Positions 10,004-18,986 of a DNA stretch of 64,000 nt are shown here, in pieces (position 1 is the first letter of the stretch; every line of letters starts with the position of its first letter). A program made the translations under genes and the position numbers. Under the pieces are notes generated by a model. The model was not told the origin of the DNA, did no database searches, and was given only the letters and a program-made list of their open reading frames with translations. Source of the DNA: a bacterium (GTDB lineage: Bacteria > ARS69); NCBI GenBank assembly GCA_041393395.1, contig JAWKKG010000003.1:640713-704712 (forward strand). Direction: 5' to 3'.

Positions 10004-10870
10004 GTGACTCCGAGCGACGTCCAGGCGACCGGTATCCGACAGCACATCGCCGCGCTCCTGCGGGGCGAGCGTCGGCCGTCGCCCGCGGCGCCCGTGCGGC
10101 TCGCGGACTCGACCCTGGCGACGTTGCGGGGCGCGCGCACCACGCAGATCGACGGCGTCTCGGTGTTCGAGATCCGGCGCGACTTCGAGGAGCTGCTCCC
10201 CGGCGAGGACGCGTGGCGCGCGCTGCGCGACGGGATGGGCCACCTCGCGACGAAGGAAGAGGAGGAGATCTACGCCGGGCTCCGGCCCGCGATCGGCGCC
10301 GATCCTGCGCGCGTGGCGATTCTCGATCTCGAGACCACGGGGTTCTGGGGCTGCCCGATCTTCCTGGTGGGCCTGCTGCGCGTCGAGAACGGTCGCCTCG
10401 TCACGCGGCAGCTGCTCGCGCGCGACTACCCGGAGGAGGCGGCCGTGCTGCGCGCCGCCGCCGCGCTCCTGGACGAGAGCGCGCTCGTGATCACGTTCAA
10501 CGGGAAGTCCTACGACGTGCCGTGCTTCGCCGAGCGCTGCTCGATGTTCGGCGTGAAGACGAAGCTCCGTCGCCGCCCGCACGTGGACATCCTGCACGTC
10601 GCGCGGCGTCGCTGGCGCGGAGAGTTCGAGGACTGCCGACTGCAGACTCTCGAGCGACACGTCACGCGACTCACGCGCCAGGGCGACATCCCATCGGCCG
10701 AGATCCCCGCCGTGTACCACGACTTCGCGGCCACGGGCGACGTTTCGCGGCTGGAGCCGATCCTGCATCACGGTCGCGTGGACGTGATCACCACGCTGCG
10801 CCTGTTCACGGCGCTCGCGGCCGATCCGCCGGCGCCGCTGCGACCGCGGAAGCGGAAGGTGGTTTCCTAG
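10004..10870 (+). CDS. mrfB: RNase-H-like/DnaQ-fold exonuclease (MrfB/YprB-like)
   Basis: Exo I motif ILDLETTG; immediately downstream of DUF1998 helicase, conserved two-gene arrangement. Confidence 0.7.
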   Translation: MTPSDVQATGIRQHIAALLRGERRPSPAAPVRLADSTLATLRGARTTQIDGVSVFEIRRDFEELLPGEDAWRALRDGMGHLATKEEEEIYAGLRPAIGADPARVAILDLETTGFWGCPIFLVGLLRVENGRLVTRQLLARDYPEEAAVLRAAAALLDESALVITFNGKSYDVPCFAERCSMFGVKTKLRRRPHVDILHVARRRWRGEFEDCRLQTLERHVTRLTRQGDIPSAEIPAVYHDFAATGDVSRLEPILHHGRVDVITTLRLFTALAADPPAPLRPRKRKVVS

Positions 10871-13149
10871 GGCTGCAGGACCACCACCCGGCGGGTCGTC
10901 TCCGACGTTCCGGCCACGACACGCGCGAAGTACACCCCCGGCGCGACCCGCCGGCCGCTCGCGTCGAGCGCGTCCCAGGTCGCGCAGCCCGAACCGTCGG
11001 CGCGCGTGACGATCGGCAGCGCCGTGACTCGCCGCCCCGCCACGTCGTAGATCGCGAGCTCGGGCCGCAAGCCGGCCGGCGTCCGCACGTCGAACGCCAC
11101 GCTGCTTCGCGCGGGATTCGGCCGGGCGACGAGCTCGAGGCCGGAGTCGAGCGGGGCCGCGACGACGGGCGAGTCCGTCGCGGAACTCGGGTCCATCGCC
11201 CATACGCCGGCGTGCTCCGTGCCTACGAGGATCTGGCCGCTCGTCGGGTCGCGGACGATCGACGTGCACTTCGTGGTCGCGAGACCGGCCGTCACGAAGC
11301 CGGTGCCTTCGATCCAGGGGCCCTGCGACGCCGTCGCGAGGAAGAACCGATCCGTCGCGGGGTCCCAGTCGCCGCCGCGAAGCGTCACGCCGGGGAGGAC
11401 TCCGCGATCCGTCCAGGTGACGCCGGCGTCGTCCGAGCGCCACACGCCCTGGCTCCGGTACACGGCCGCGAGGCGGCCGGGATCGGACGGATCGAGGACG
11501 AGGTTCAGCGCCAGGCCGGTGGGAAGACCCGTATCCCGCGCGGTCCACGTGGCGCCGCCGTCCGTCGTCAATCGAACCGAACCGTCGTACGCGCCGATCG
11601 CGAACGCGCGCGAGTCATCCGTGGGATCGACGACCATCGCGGCGGCGGACCAGGAATGAAAGTACTGGATCGGAAAGGTGACACCGCCGTCGTCGGAGCG
11701 GTGCAGGACTCCGGTGTCGATCCAGAGCCAGACCGGGCTCGATGCGGTCGCGCCCGCCGCCATGCACACCGGGGTCTCGAAGAGACCGAACGGGTCGATG
11801 GACAGGGCGCTCCACGTCTGGCCGTCGTCGGTACTGCGCTTGATCGAAGGGCTGCCGGTGTCGAACGACGAGCTCCAGCCCGCCTGGAACACGACGCCTT
11901 GAATCGCGGGATGGGGGAAAGGAAATGTCACGCCGGAGCTGCCGAGCGCGAGCGGACCCGCGGTCCACGGCGCGCCGGGTGACGGTGCGCGCCAGAGTCG
12001 CGAGCCGCCCGCCGCCCAGATCGCGCCTCCGGTGGCCGGGGCGAGCGCGTGGATCGCCGTCCCGGAGAGGCCGTCGACCGTGTCACTCCACGTCGCGCCG
12101 CCGTCCGTGGATCGACGCAACCCGCGCGTGAACCTCTCGGTCGAGGTCACGAGGTAGACGCGATCCGGATCGGCGACGTCGAACCGAAGCGCGGTCAGTC
12201 GCTCCTCGTCGAAGTAGGGAGCCGAGAACGAAGTCCCGAGGCTTTCCCAGCTCGCGCCGCCGTTCGTCGTCGTGACGACCTGACTCGCTCGTCCCCAGCA
12301 GTCCGCCGTGCAGTAGTAGTCGAAGCGCGTGGCGTACGCGCGATCCGGATCCACGGGGTCCGCGACGATCCCGACCGGTCCGCAGTCGATTCCGCAGGAC
12401 GGGTAGGTGATCGCCGTGAACGTGAGTCCGGAGTCGGTGCTGCGCTGATAGCCCGTTTGTCCGCCGGCCGCCCAGACTCGGGTCGGATCCGTGTCGCAGT
12501 AGGATACGAACCGGAGGAATGTGCCGACCGAAGCGCTCGGGGTCCACGTCGCGCCCGCGTCCGTCGTTCGCACGATCGACGTTTCGTTCGCGAGCAGCGC
12601 TTCGCCCGGATTCGTCGGGTGCCACGCGATGTGGTGCGGGTCGACGTTGCCCGGGCCGATGCCGGCGGCCGTCCAGCTCAGACCGTCGTCGGTACTGCGG
12701 AAGAGCCCGCCCGAACCTCCGACGGAGACGAGCACGACGCCCGGCACCAGCGGCGCGAACGAGATGTCGCGGCATTCGGACCAGCTAGCTCCGACCGGAA
12801 CGCTGTTCCAGGTGACTCCACCGTCCGTCGAGCGGCGTAGAGCGGTCGGGACACTCGAGTCATGCAGCAGCAGGAGATCGGAATCGAACGGCGAGATCGT
12901 GATCGCGTCCAGCGGTGCCGTTTCGCGCGGCAGATCCACGTCCACACGGGACCACGAGTCCCCGCGATCGTCGGAACGAAAGACGCCCTGGCGACTCGGA
13001 AGCGCGACGAGGCGTGTGGGCGTAGAAGCGGACTGGGCGAAACCTTGAATCGAGCCACCGTCCGGTCCGATCGACTCGAACGCCGAAGCGAAGGCGGGGG
13101 AGATCCAAGTGCCGAGAAGGACGAGCGAGAGTATCCGGGCGCGGGGCAT
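10867..13149 (-). CDS. secreted BNR/Asp-box repeat protein (sortilin/xyloglucanase-like beta-propeller) with C-terminal T9SS-type sorting domain
   Basis: At least 9 S/T-x-D-x-G-x-T-W motifs (STDGGVTW, TTDAGATW, STDDGQTW...); signal peptide MPRARILSLVLLGTWISPAFASA after GGAGG; C-terminal ELAIYDVAGRRV...GVYFARV tail. Confidence 0.75.
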   Translation of the reverse strand: MPRARILSLVLLGTWISPAFASAFESIGPDGGSIQGFAQSASTPTRLVALPSRQGVFRSDDRGDSWSRVDVDLPRETAPLDAITISPFDSDLLLLHDSSVPTALRRSTDGGVTWNSVPVGASWSECRDISFAPLVPGVVLVSVGGSGGLFRSTDDGLSWTAAGIGPGNVDPHHIAWHPTNPGEALLANETSIVRTTDAGATWTPSASVGTFLRFVSYCDTDPTRVWAAGGQTGYQRSTDSGLTFTAITYPSCGIDCGPVGIVADPVDPDRAYATRFDYYCTADCWGRASQVVTTTNGGASWESLGTSFSAPYFDEERLTALRFDVADPDRVYLVTSTERFTRGLRRSTDGGATWSDTVDGLSGTAIHALAPATGGAIWAAGGSRLWRAPSPGAPWTAGPLALGSSGVTFPFPHPAIQGVVFQAGWSSSFDTGSPSIKRSTDDGQTWSALSIDPFGLFETPVCMAAGATASSPVWLWIDTGVLHRSDDGGVTFPIQYFHSWSAAAMVVDPTDDSRAFAIGAYDGSVRLTTDGGATWTARDTGLPTGLALNLVLDPSDPGRLAAVYRSQGVWRSDDAGVTWTDRGVLPGVTLRGGDWDPATDRFFLATASQGPWIEGTGFVTAGLATTKCTSIVRDPTSGQILVGTEHAGVWAMDPSSATDSPVVAAPLDSGLELVARPNPARSSVAFDVRTPAGLRPELAIYDVAGRRVTALPIVTRADGSGCATWDALDASGRRVAPGVYFARVVAGTSETTRRVVVLQP

Positions 13150-13282
13150 GACGGCCTCCGAGATCGTTCGGTTCGAGGCCTCCGGGGTCGTGGGTATCTT
13201 AGCAGGCCAGCGCGTCCGAATGAACCGGGTTGGACCGGGTCGGTGCCCGGACGACGGCGGTGTTCGCTTTCGAACGATCGGA

Positions 13283-14047
13283 TCAGCGCACCCGCACCGC
13301 CCGCAACGATCCGATCCTCGAGTCCGGGCGTAGCGCCACGAAGTAGACGCCGGCCGCCACCGGCTGACCGTGGTCGTTGCGCCCGTCCCAGGGCACGTCG
13401 TGCACGCCGGCGTCGAGCGGCTCACCGGACAGCAGGGAGCGAACCCGCTCGCCCGTGGCGCCGTGGACGGTGAGATCGAACCGGGCGGGCGTCGCCACGT
13501 CGAACCGGACCGTCGTCGTCTCTCGGAACGGATTCGGGAACACGACGCGAAGAGTGGAGATCGCCGGCAACGAGTCGCCGGACGCGGGTCTCAACTCGAA
13601 CGTCAGCTCGCGCGAGATCGCGTCTCGCAGGAGCGGATGCAGCTCGAAGACGAGCTCGCGCGAGACGGCGTCGACGGAGAGCGCCCGAAGGTCGATCACG
13701 ACTTCACGTGAGGTGGCCTCCCGGCCGCTCGGAGCGAGGTCGATCACGACCTCCCGCGAGATCGCGTCCAGCGGCAGCGGGCCGAAATCCACGACGACCT
13801 CCCGCGCGACCGCATCCGCGACGCGCGGGAGAAGCGCGATCACGAGCTCTCGCGAGACCGCGTCGGGAACGGTCTGCTTCAGGTACACGGCGACCTCGCG
13901 CGACACGGCATCCCGGCGCGTCGCATCGAGAAGGAGGATCACGGAGCGCGACACGGCGTCCGTGGCGACACCGCGCGGCGGGGCGGCGACGGCCGCCCCG
14001 GCCCACAGGATCATCGCGATCCACCCGCCCGCGAGCCGACGTTTCAT
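13283..14047 (-). CDS. secreted tandem-repeat protein (DAVSRE-V/L-V-I/V repeats x8) with C-terminal T9SS-type sorting domain
   Basis: Signal peptide; eight ~15-aa repeats; C-terminal VFPNPFRETTTVRFDV...HDVPWDGRNDHGQPVAAGVYFVAL tail; start overlaps upstream gene stop (TAATG). Confidence 0.7.
   Translation of the reverse strand: MKRRLAGGWIAMILWAGAAVAAPPRGVATDAVSRSVILLLDATRRDAVSREVAVYLKQTVPDAVSRELVIALLPRVADAVAREVVVDFGPLPLDAISREVVIDLAPSGREATSREVVIDLRALSVDAVSRELVFELHPLLRDAISRELTFELRPASGDSLPAISTLRVVFPNPFRETTTVRFDVATPARFDLTVHGATGERVRSLLSGEPLDAGVHDVPWDGRNDHGQPVAAGVYFVALRPDSRIGSLRAVRVR
13583..13963 (-). repeat. in-frame ~45-bp tandem DNA repeats encoding the DAVSRE repeat array
   Basis: Recurring gacgcggtctcgcgcgag-like units visible in sequence. 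Confidence 0.6.
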
Positions 14048-15318
14048 TACGGGAGAACCGCGCGCGCCTGAATGGCGGAGAGTCCGTTCTCCACATCAGT
14101 GAGTGCGATCTCCCAGGTGGTCACGTTGCCGCCGCTCGAGACGAAGGCCGCCGGCAGCGGGCCGATGTGATCCCCGCCCGTGCGCGTGACGAACACGTTC
14201 ACGGTCGCGTCCGAAGGCACGTTCGTTCCCTCGAGCCGCACGGTGATCGCGCCGTTCGCTCCGTCGAGCGCCTCGTCCTGCCAGGGGAAGGCGAACGTCG
14301 CTCGCGGATCGTCCGGCACGGCCAGACCGTTGAGGCTGACGATGCGCAGCGAAGGATCCGTCGCCTCCGGCCAGATCTGCGCGGTCGCGCCGCTCGCGAG
14401 GAGCACGAGACTCGGCGCCGGGAAGATCGAACCCGTGCCCCCGAGGACGCCCGTGGACTCGACGCGAATCCGCCCCTCGCCCGCCGTCTGGAAGCCGCCG
14501 GTCGCCACCAGCGTTCCGTTCACGGTGACGCCGTCGGCGATGAGACGGATCGCGCCGCCGCTGCCGGATCCGGCGCCGTTGTCGCCGCGCGCTCCGCCGC
14601 GCGCGTTGATCGTTCCCGTGACCTGGATGTCTCCGGCGCACGCCACGAGGATCGCGCCGCCTCCTGCGCCCGCGCTCGACGAGTTCCCGGCGCCGCCCGA
14701 CCCTCCGATGAGCGGCACGATCCGCGATCCGCCGTAGGTCGGAGCGCCACCGCCGCCCGCGGTGGCGTAGCTGCCGTCCTGGGAGAGCCCCGCGGCGCCA
14801 CCCCCGGGGCCGAATCCCGCACCGCGCGGAACGCCGAGGAACGTCCCGTTGCCGCCGCGGAATCCTCCGGGACCCGGCAGCGACGAGAACCCGGACGAGG
14901 TTCCTGCTTCGCCCGCGATGTTCACGGTCCCGGTGATCGTGACGTTGCCGGTCACGAGCCAGACGACCGGGGCGCCCGACGGATGATTCGCGAAGTCGAG
15001 AGTCGCTCCGGCGCCGATCGTCACGTCGGTGTAGTGGTAGACGATCGCCCACTGCGTCGCGTCGAAGACGCCGTCCCCGGGCTGCCACGCGGCATCCGTG
15101 GGCTGGACGTTCCAGTCTCCGGTGATGGCCTGCGCGAGATCGATCGTCGTGCTGGCGCTGATCGTGAGGCTGCCGTCCCAGTCCTGACCGGGGACGTCGA
15201 TCTGGGCGAGGGCGAGCGGCGCCGCCAGGATCACCGACCCCGCGGTCGCGCAGACGAGGGCTTGGCGGCGGACGGCCGAGATCGTCCGATCTCGAACGGG
15301 GTTCGCGAGTGGCGACAT
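14047..15318 (-). CDS. secreted glycine-rich beta-helix-like protein
   Basis: GGAGG then ATG; signal peptide; long G/A/S-rich segment with periodic hydrophobics (GGAGNSSSAGAGGGAILVACAGDIQVTGTINARGG...). Confidence 0.65.
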   Translation of the reverse strand: MSPLANPVRDRTISAVRRQALVCATAGSVILAAPLALAQIDVPGQDWDGSLTISASTTIDLAQAITGDWNVQPTDAAWQPGDGVFDATQWAIVYHYTDVTIGAGATLDFANHPSGAPVVWLVTGNVTITGTVNIAGEAGTSSGFSSLPGPGGFRGGNGTFLGVPRGAGFGPGGGAAGLSQDGSYATAGGGGAPTYGGSRIVPLIGGSGGAGNSSSAGAGGGAILVACAGDIQVTGTINARGGARGDNGAGSGSGGAIRLIADGVTVNGTLVATGGFQTAGEGRIRVESTGVLGGTGSIFPAPSLVLLASGATAQIWPEATDPSLRIVSLNGLAVPDDPRATFAFPWQDEALDGANGAITVRLEGTNVPSDATVNVFVTRTGGDHIGPLPAAFVSSGGNVTTWEIALTDVENGLSAIQARAVLP

Positions 15319-15601
15319 GGGAGGACTCCGGAGGTTCCTGGGTGGAATGGGCGGTGCGCGCGCGATCGCTTCGCGGGACGGCCGTCCGGGGCAGGGTTCG
15401 GCCGTCAAGGCGTCAACGGGGCCGAGAAACGGACATTCGGGGAGAGATCTCCCCTCCCGGACTCCGGAGATCCCGGTATGTTTCCGAGCGTGGAGGGCTC
15501 CCGTGAGGTCGCCGGCGGGGACGCTGGCCCTTTGCGGTCAACTACAGCCGTTCTCTAGCCGATCCTAGCAGGGAGTGAACTGCGGATCGGAGGGACCCTC
15601 G

Positions 15602-16606
15602 ATGAGCACGTCCGGACTCACTGTCTGCCTCATCATCAAGAACGAGCGCTCGAACCTGCAGGAGGTCCTGCCGGATCTCGTGCTGGCGGCCGACGACGTC
15701 GTCGTGGTCGATACGGGCTCGAGCGACGGTTCGGTCGAGCTGGCCCGCGCGCTCGGCGCTCGGGTGTTCACCCATCCCTGGAACGAGCACTTCGCGGACG
15801 CGCGGAATCGCGGCCTGGAAGAGGTCGCCACCTCGCACGCGATGTGGCTCGACGCCGACGATCGCATCGATCGATCCGACCTGGAGCGGGTTCGTGCCGC
15901 CTGTCTGGAGCACGGCCCCGAAGCCGGCTTCACGCTGATCCTGGACTCGGACGGCGCGAAACCGGAGTTCCGGAGTACGTGTCGCCAGCTTCGCGTGTTC
16001 CCCGCGCGACCGGAGCATCGCTTCACCGGTCGGGTGCACGAACAGATCCAGCCGTCGCTCGAGCGCACGGGGACGCGGGTCGTGCCGCTGGACGTCACGG
16101 TGCGTCATCTCGGCTACTCCACCGACGACATCGTGCGCGCGAAGTCGCGACGAAACCTCGAGCTGTGCCGACGCGAATGGATCGAGGGGGCGAAGACGCT
16201 CGCGACCGCGTATCACTACGTGCAGGCGGCGTCGCTCGCGGGCGAGTACGCGGAAGGCGCGAACCTCGTGCGCGAGGTGCTGGCGGCGACGAAGCCCGAT
16301 TCCGCGGAGGACATCGTCCAGAACCTGCGCGTGACCCTCGGACATCTCGAGGAGAAGCAGGGCCGGATCCCGCGCGCGGAGTCCGTCTACCGCCACGCGG
16401 TGTCGCTGCACGCACGCGATCCCTGGGCGGCCTGGCATCTCGGGGATCTCCTCGCCCGCACGGGTCGGGGAGAGGAAGCGATCGCGTGGCTGGAGGTCGC
16501 GGCATCGGCCGACCCGCTGAGCTCGCGCGTGCCCCTGCCGCTCGCGGGCGTTCGCGCGGCGGCGGAGAATCGCTTGCGGGAGCTGCGAGCCGGCACCCCC
16601 GCCTAG
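15602..16606 (+). CDS. family-2 glycosyltransferase with C-terminal TPR region
   Basis: GGAGGG before ATG; GT2 N-terminus (VCLIIKNERSNL...VVVDTGSSDGS...DADD); TPR-like C-terminal helices. Confidence 0.7.
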   Translation: MSTSGLTVCLIIKNERSNLQEVLPDLVLAADDVVVVDTGSSDGSVELARALGARVFTHPWNEHFADARNRGLEEVATSHAMWLDADDRIDRSDLERVRAACLEHGPEAGFTLILDSDGAKPEFRSTCRQLRVFPARPEHRFTGRVHEQIQPSLERTGTRVVPLDVTVRHLGYSTDDIVRAKSRRNLELCRREWIEGAKTLATAYHYVQAASLAGEYAEGANLVREVLAATKPDSAEDIVQNLRVTLGHLEEKQGRIPRAESVYRHAVSLHARDPWAAWHLGDLLARTGRGEEAIAWLEVAASADPLSSRVPLPLAGVRAAAENRLRELRAGTPA

Positions 16607-16859
16607 TCCTTCGGCCGAGGCACGCCGGCAGCGCCCCGCGCCGACGTGTCGCTCGGCCACGGAAATGCGTCACCCGCACACGGGCCCGCCCCCCCCCGGA
16701 CGCGTCGCGCGCCCTTCAGAAGCCCGCGAAACCGACATCCGACACTGGCACGCCTCGTGCAGTAGCCCTGCCCGGACATGCGTCGCGCACTCTCGCCGAC
16801 GCACCGGACTGGGGAACCGCCCGCCGCGCCGGCGCGCGGCTTCGCCGAGGGAGGCCGTC

Positions 16860-17600
16860 ATGCGCCGCACTTTCGAGATCACCCTGCTCGGCGCCCTGCT
16901 CGCCGCCATGTCGCTCGCCGACGCCGCCCCGGCGCTCGCGGGCTCGCGCGTGAAGACGCGCGTCTACCGTGTGCCCCCGTCCCACTCGTACCAGCGCGCG
17001 CACACGCCCCCGACGTTCGCGGCCATCAAGGTCGGCGGCTACGCATTCACCGGGGGCGACGCTGGCGACGCTCTCGGCGGCCTGCTGCTCGGCGGCGAGG
17101 TCGGCGTGCGCCCGTCGCCTTACGTGGAGTTCGGTCTCACGGCGGACTGGGTCCGCCGGCGGAACGCGCGCAGCGAGGTGTTCCTGCTCGACACGCCGTA
17201 CGACCTGCCGGTCGAGGGGGTCATCGACCTGGAGCGCTCCGAGACGGATCTCGTGCCGATCGGCGGTCTCTTCCGCGTGCGCTTCCCGAACGCGAATGCG
17301 CCGGTCGTTCCCTTCGTGACGGGTGCGTTGACCGTGGATCTGTTGCGGATGGGAGCGAGCGAGAGCACGCCGTCGGGTCAGCTCGTGTTCGACGACGCCG
17401 AATACTTCACGGGCCTCGGCGGCACGATCGCCGCCGGTCTCGAGGGAGCGATCGCGCCAGGGGCGTCGCTTCTGTTCGAGGCCGGCTACCATCACTCGCG
17501 GCCGGACAAGGAAGTGGACTGGTTCGGGGATCCGATCCGGGCCCGCGTGGACGCGAGCGGAGGCTACGCGCGGATCGGGGTCACGTTCTCGGCCGGCTAG
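16860..17600 (+). CDS. outer-membrane beta-barrel protein (porin-family-like)
   Basis: GGGAGG before ATG; signal peptide; alternating amphipathic beta-strands; aromatic C-terminus (IGVTFSAG). Confidence 0.6.
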   Translation: MRRTFEITLLGALLAAMSLADAAPALAGSRVKTRVYRVPPSHSYQRAHTPPTFAAIKVGGYAFTGGDAGDALGGLLLGGEVGVRPSPYVEFGLTADWVRRRNARSEVFLLDTPYDLPVEGVIDLERSETDLVPIGGLFRVRFPNANAPVVPFVTGALTVDLLRMGASESTPSGQLVFDDAEYFTGLGGTIAAGLEGAIAPGASLLFEAGYHHSRPDKEVDWFGDPIRARVDASGGYARIGVTFSAG

Positions 17601-17612
17601 CCGATCAGGCGG

Positions 17613-17715
17613 AGAAAGCCCGACGGGCGGGCACGCAGCGAGCACCGCATCATGCGCCCGCCCGTCGTTCCATCTGGAGGACGAATCGGCCGCCGCGCTC
17701 TTCCGCGGCGGCCGA
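17613..17715. terminator. two GC-rich hairpins between convergent genes
   Basis: First hairpin: 11-bp inverted repeat GACGGGCGGGC...GCCCGCCCGTC. Second hairpin: perfect 15-bp stem GAATCGGCCGCCGCG-CTCTTC-CGCGGCGGCCGATTC. No U-tracts, as is common in high-GC genomes. Confidence 0.4.
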
Positions 17716-17720
17716 TTCCG

Positions 17721-18977
17721 CTAAGGCAGGAACTGCTTCGGATTCGCGAGCTTGCGCGGCAGGTACTCGTCGATCACGTAGTTCAGGCCGTGCTTCGCGA
17801 GCGCCTGCTGCTCGACACGAACCCCCATCTTGATCAGCTTCTCGAGCGCCTTTCGCCACGGCGCGTAGTGCTGGATGAACGGATCGTTCTTGATCGCGTC
17901 CTTCGCGCGCTTGACGTCGACTTCCTTCAGGGGGTGCGTCGGCAGGTCGTACTCGGTGATGTCGTCCGGCGTGACACCCAGGAACTTCGCCTGCGGCACG
18001 CAGAAGTACTCGTTCAGGTGGGCGGCGTTGCCGCTGCCGACCTTGAGCGTGCGGTAGATGTTCGAGTACCCGTACGGGTCGCCGTCCACGAACACGTACA
18101 CCGGCAGCTTGCACTCGTCCGAGAGGCGGCGGATGAAACGTCGGCACGCGCGGGTGGGCACCCCGCCGAGCGAGACAAGGATGCACTGGGCGCTCCGCCA
18201 GTACGTGTGCTTCACGAGGCGCTGGAACATACCGGCGGTCTCGATCGCGAGCACGAACTTCGCGTCCGTCTGGAACTGCAGATCCTCCACCGAGATCGGG
18301 ATCGAGTAGGCGCCGCTGCCGAAGCGCGTGCAGTCGATCTCCAGCTCTTCGCCCGTCTCGCGGTCGTGGTCCATCACCACGAGCTGGCCGGCCACGTCGC
18401 CGCCCTTCTCCTCGGGGATGAATCCGAGCTGCTCGCGGTTCACGCCGAACAGCGCCTCCACGTCCTCCATGACGGCGTCGCTCTCGGGCTGCTCGTTGAA
18501 CCGGCAGTCGTCCCAGTTCTTGCTGACGTAGTACGCTTCTCGCTTCGTGGCGATGTCGTCCGTCTGCACGAGCTCCTTGCTGAAGGACATCATGCGCAAC
18601 GTCTGGGCGAACGTCTTCACGGTGCCGACCGTGAGCGTGCGCTCCTTCTTCTTGCCCTTGATGCGGAAGAAGCCGTCCGACTCCCGGTACACGACGTTGT
18701 TCAGCGAGCGCAGCGGGAAGCGCAGGCTCGGCGTGGCCGACTTCAGGATCTTGTCGCGAACCTGCGTGGCCTCCCCTTCGATGCGACTCACGACCTCCCG
18801 GCCGCCCGCGAGACCGCCGGACTTGCCCTTCGCCTTCGCGGCCCTCCGGGCGCCGGACTTCCCGCTCGCGCCGGCGGCGGACTTGGCGGCGCCCTTGGTC
18901 TTCGCCTTCGCGGACGCCTTCGTCTTGGTCTTCGCCTTCGCGTCGCCCTTCTTCGCGTTCGTCTTGCGGCTGGCCAT
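17721..18977 (-). CDS. top6A: DNA topoisomerase VI subunit A (Spo11/Top6A family) with N-terminal Lys/Ala-rich histone-H1-like tail
   Basis: Toprim DxD (FVDGDPYG), conserved E (LAIETAG), 5Y-CAP region; N-terminal ~60 aa KAKTKTKASAKAKTK low-complexity. Confidence 0.8.
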   Translation of the reverse strand: MASRKTNAKKGDAKAKTKTKASAKAKTKGAAKSAAGASGKSGARRAAKAKGKSGGLAGGREVVSRIEGEATQVRDKILKSATPSLRFPLRSLNNVVYRESDGFFRIKGKKKERTLTVGTVKTFAQTLRMMSFSKELVQTDDIATKREAYYVSKNWDDCRFNEQPESDAVMEDVEALFGVNREQLGFIPEEKGGDVAGQLVVMDHDRETGEELEIDCTRFGSGAYSIPISVEDLQFQTDAKFVLAIETAGMFQRLVKHTYWRSAQCILVSLGGVPTRACRRFIRRLSDECKLPVYVFVDGDPYGYSNIYRTLKVGSGNAAHLNEYFCVPQAKFLGVTPDDITEYDLPTHPLKEVDVKRAKDAIKNDPFIQHYAPWRKALEKLIKMGVRVEQQALAKHGLNYVIDEYLPRKLANPKQFLP

Positions 18978-18986
18978 GGGCTCTCC

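Noticed and set aside
7390-11982. 1530-aa plus-strand and 1379-aa minus-strand ORFs (7409..11548) spanning mrfA/mrfB/BNR genes
   Set aside because: Arg/Gly/Pro-rich nonsense translations in alternative frames; real genes identified in other frames with motifs and RBS
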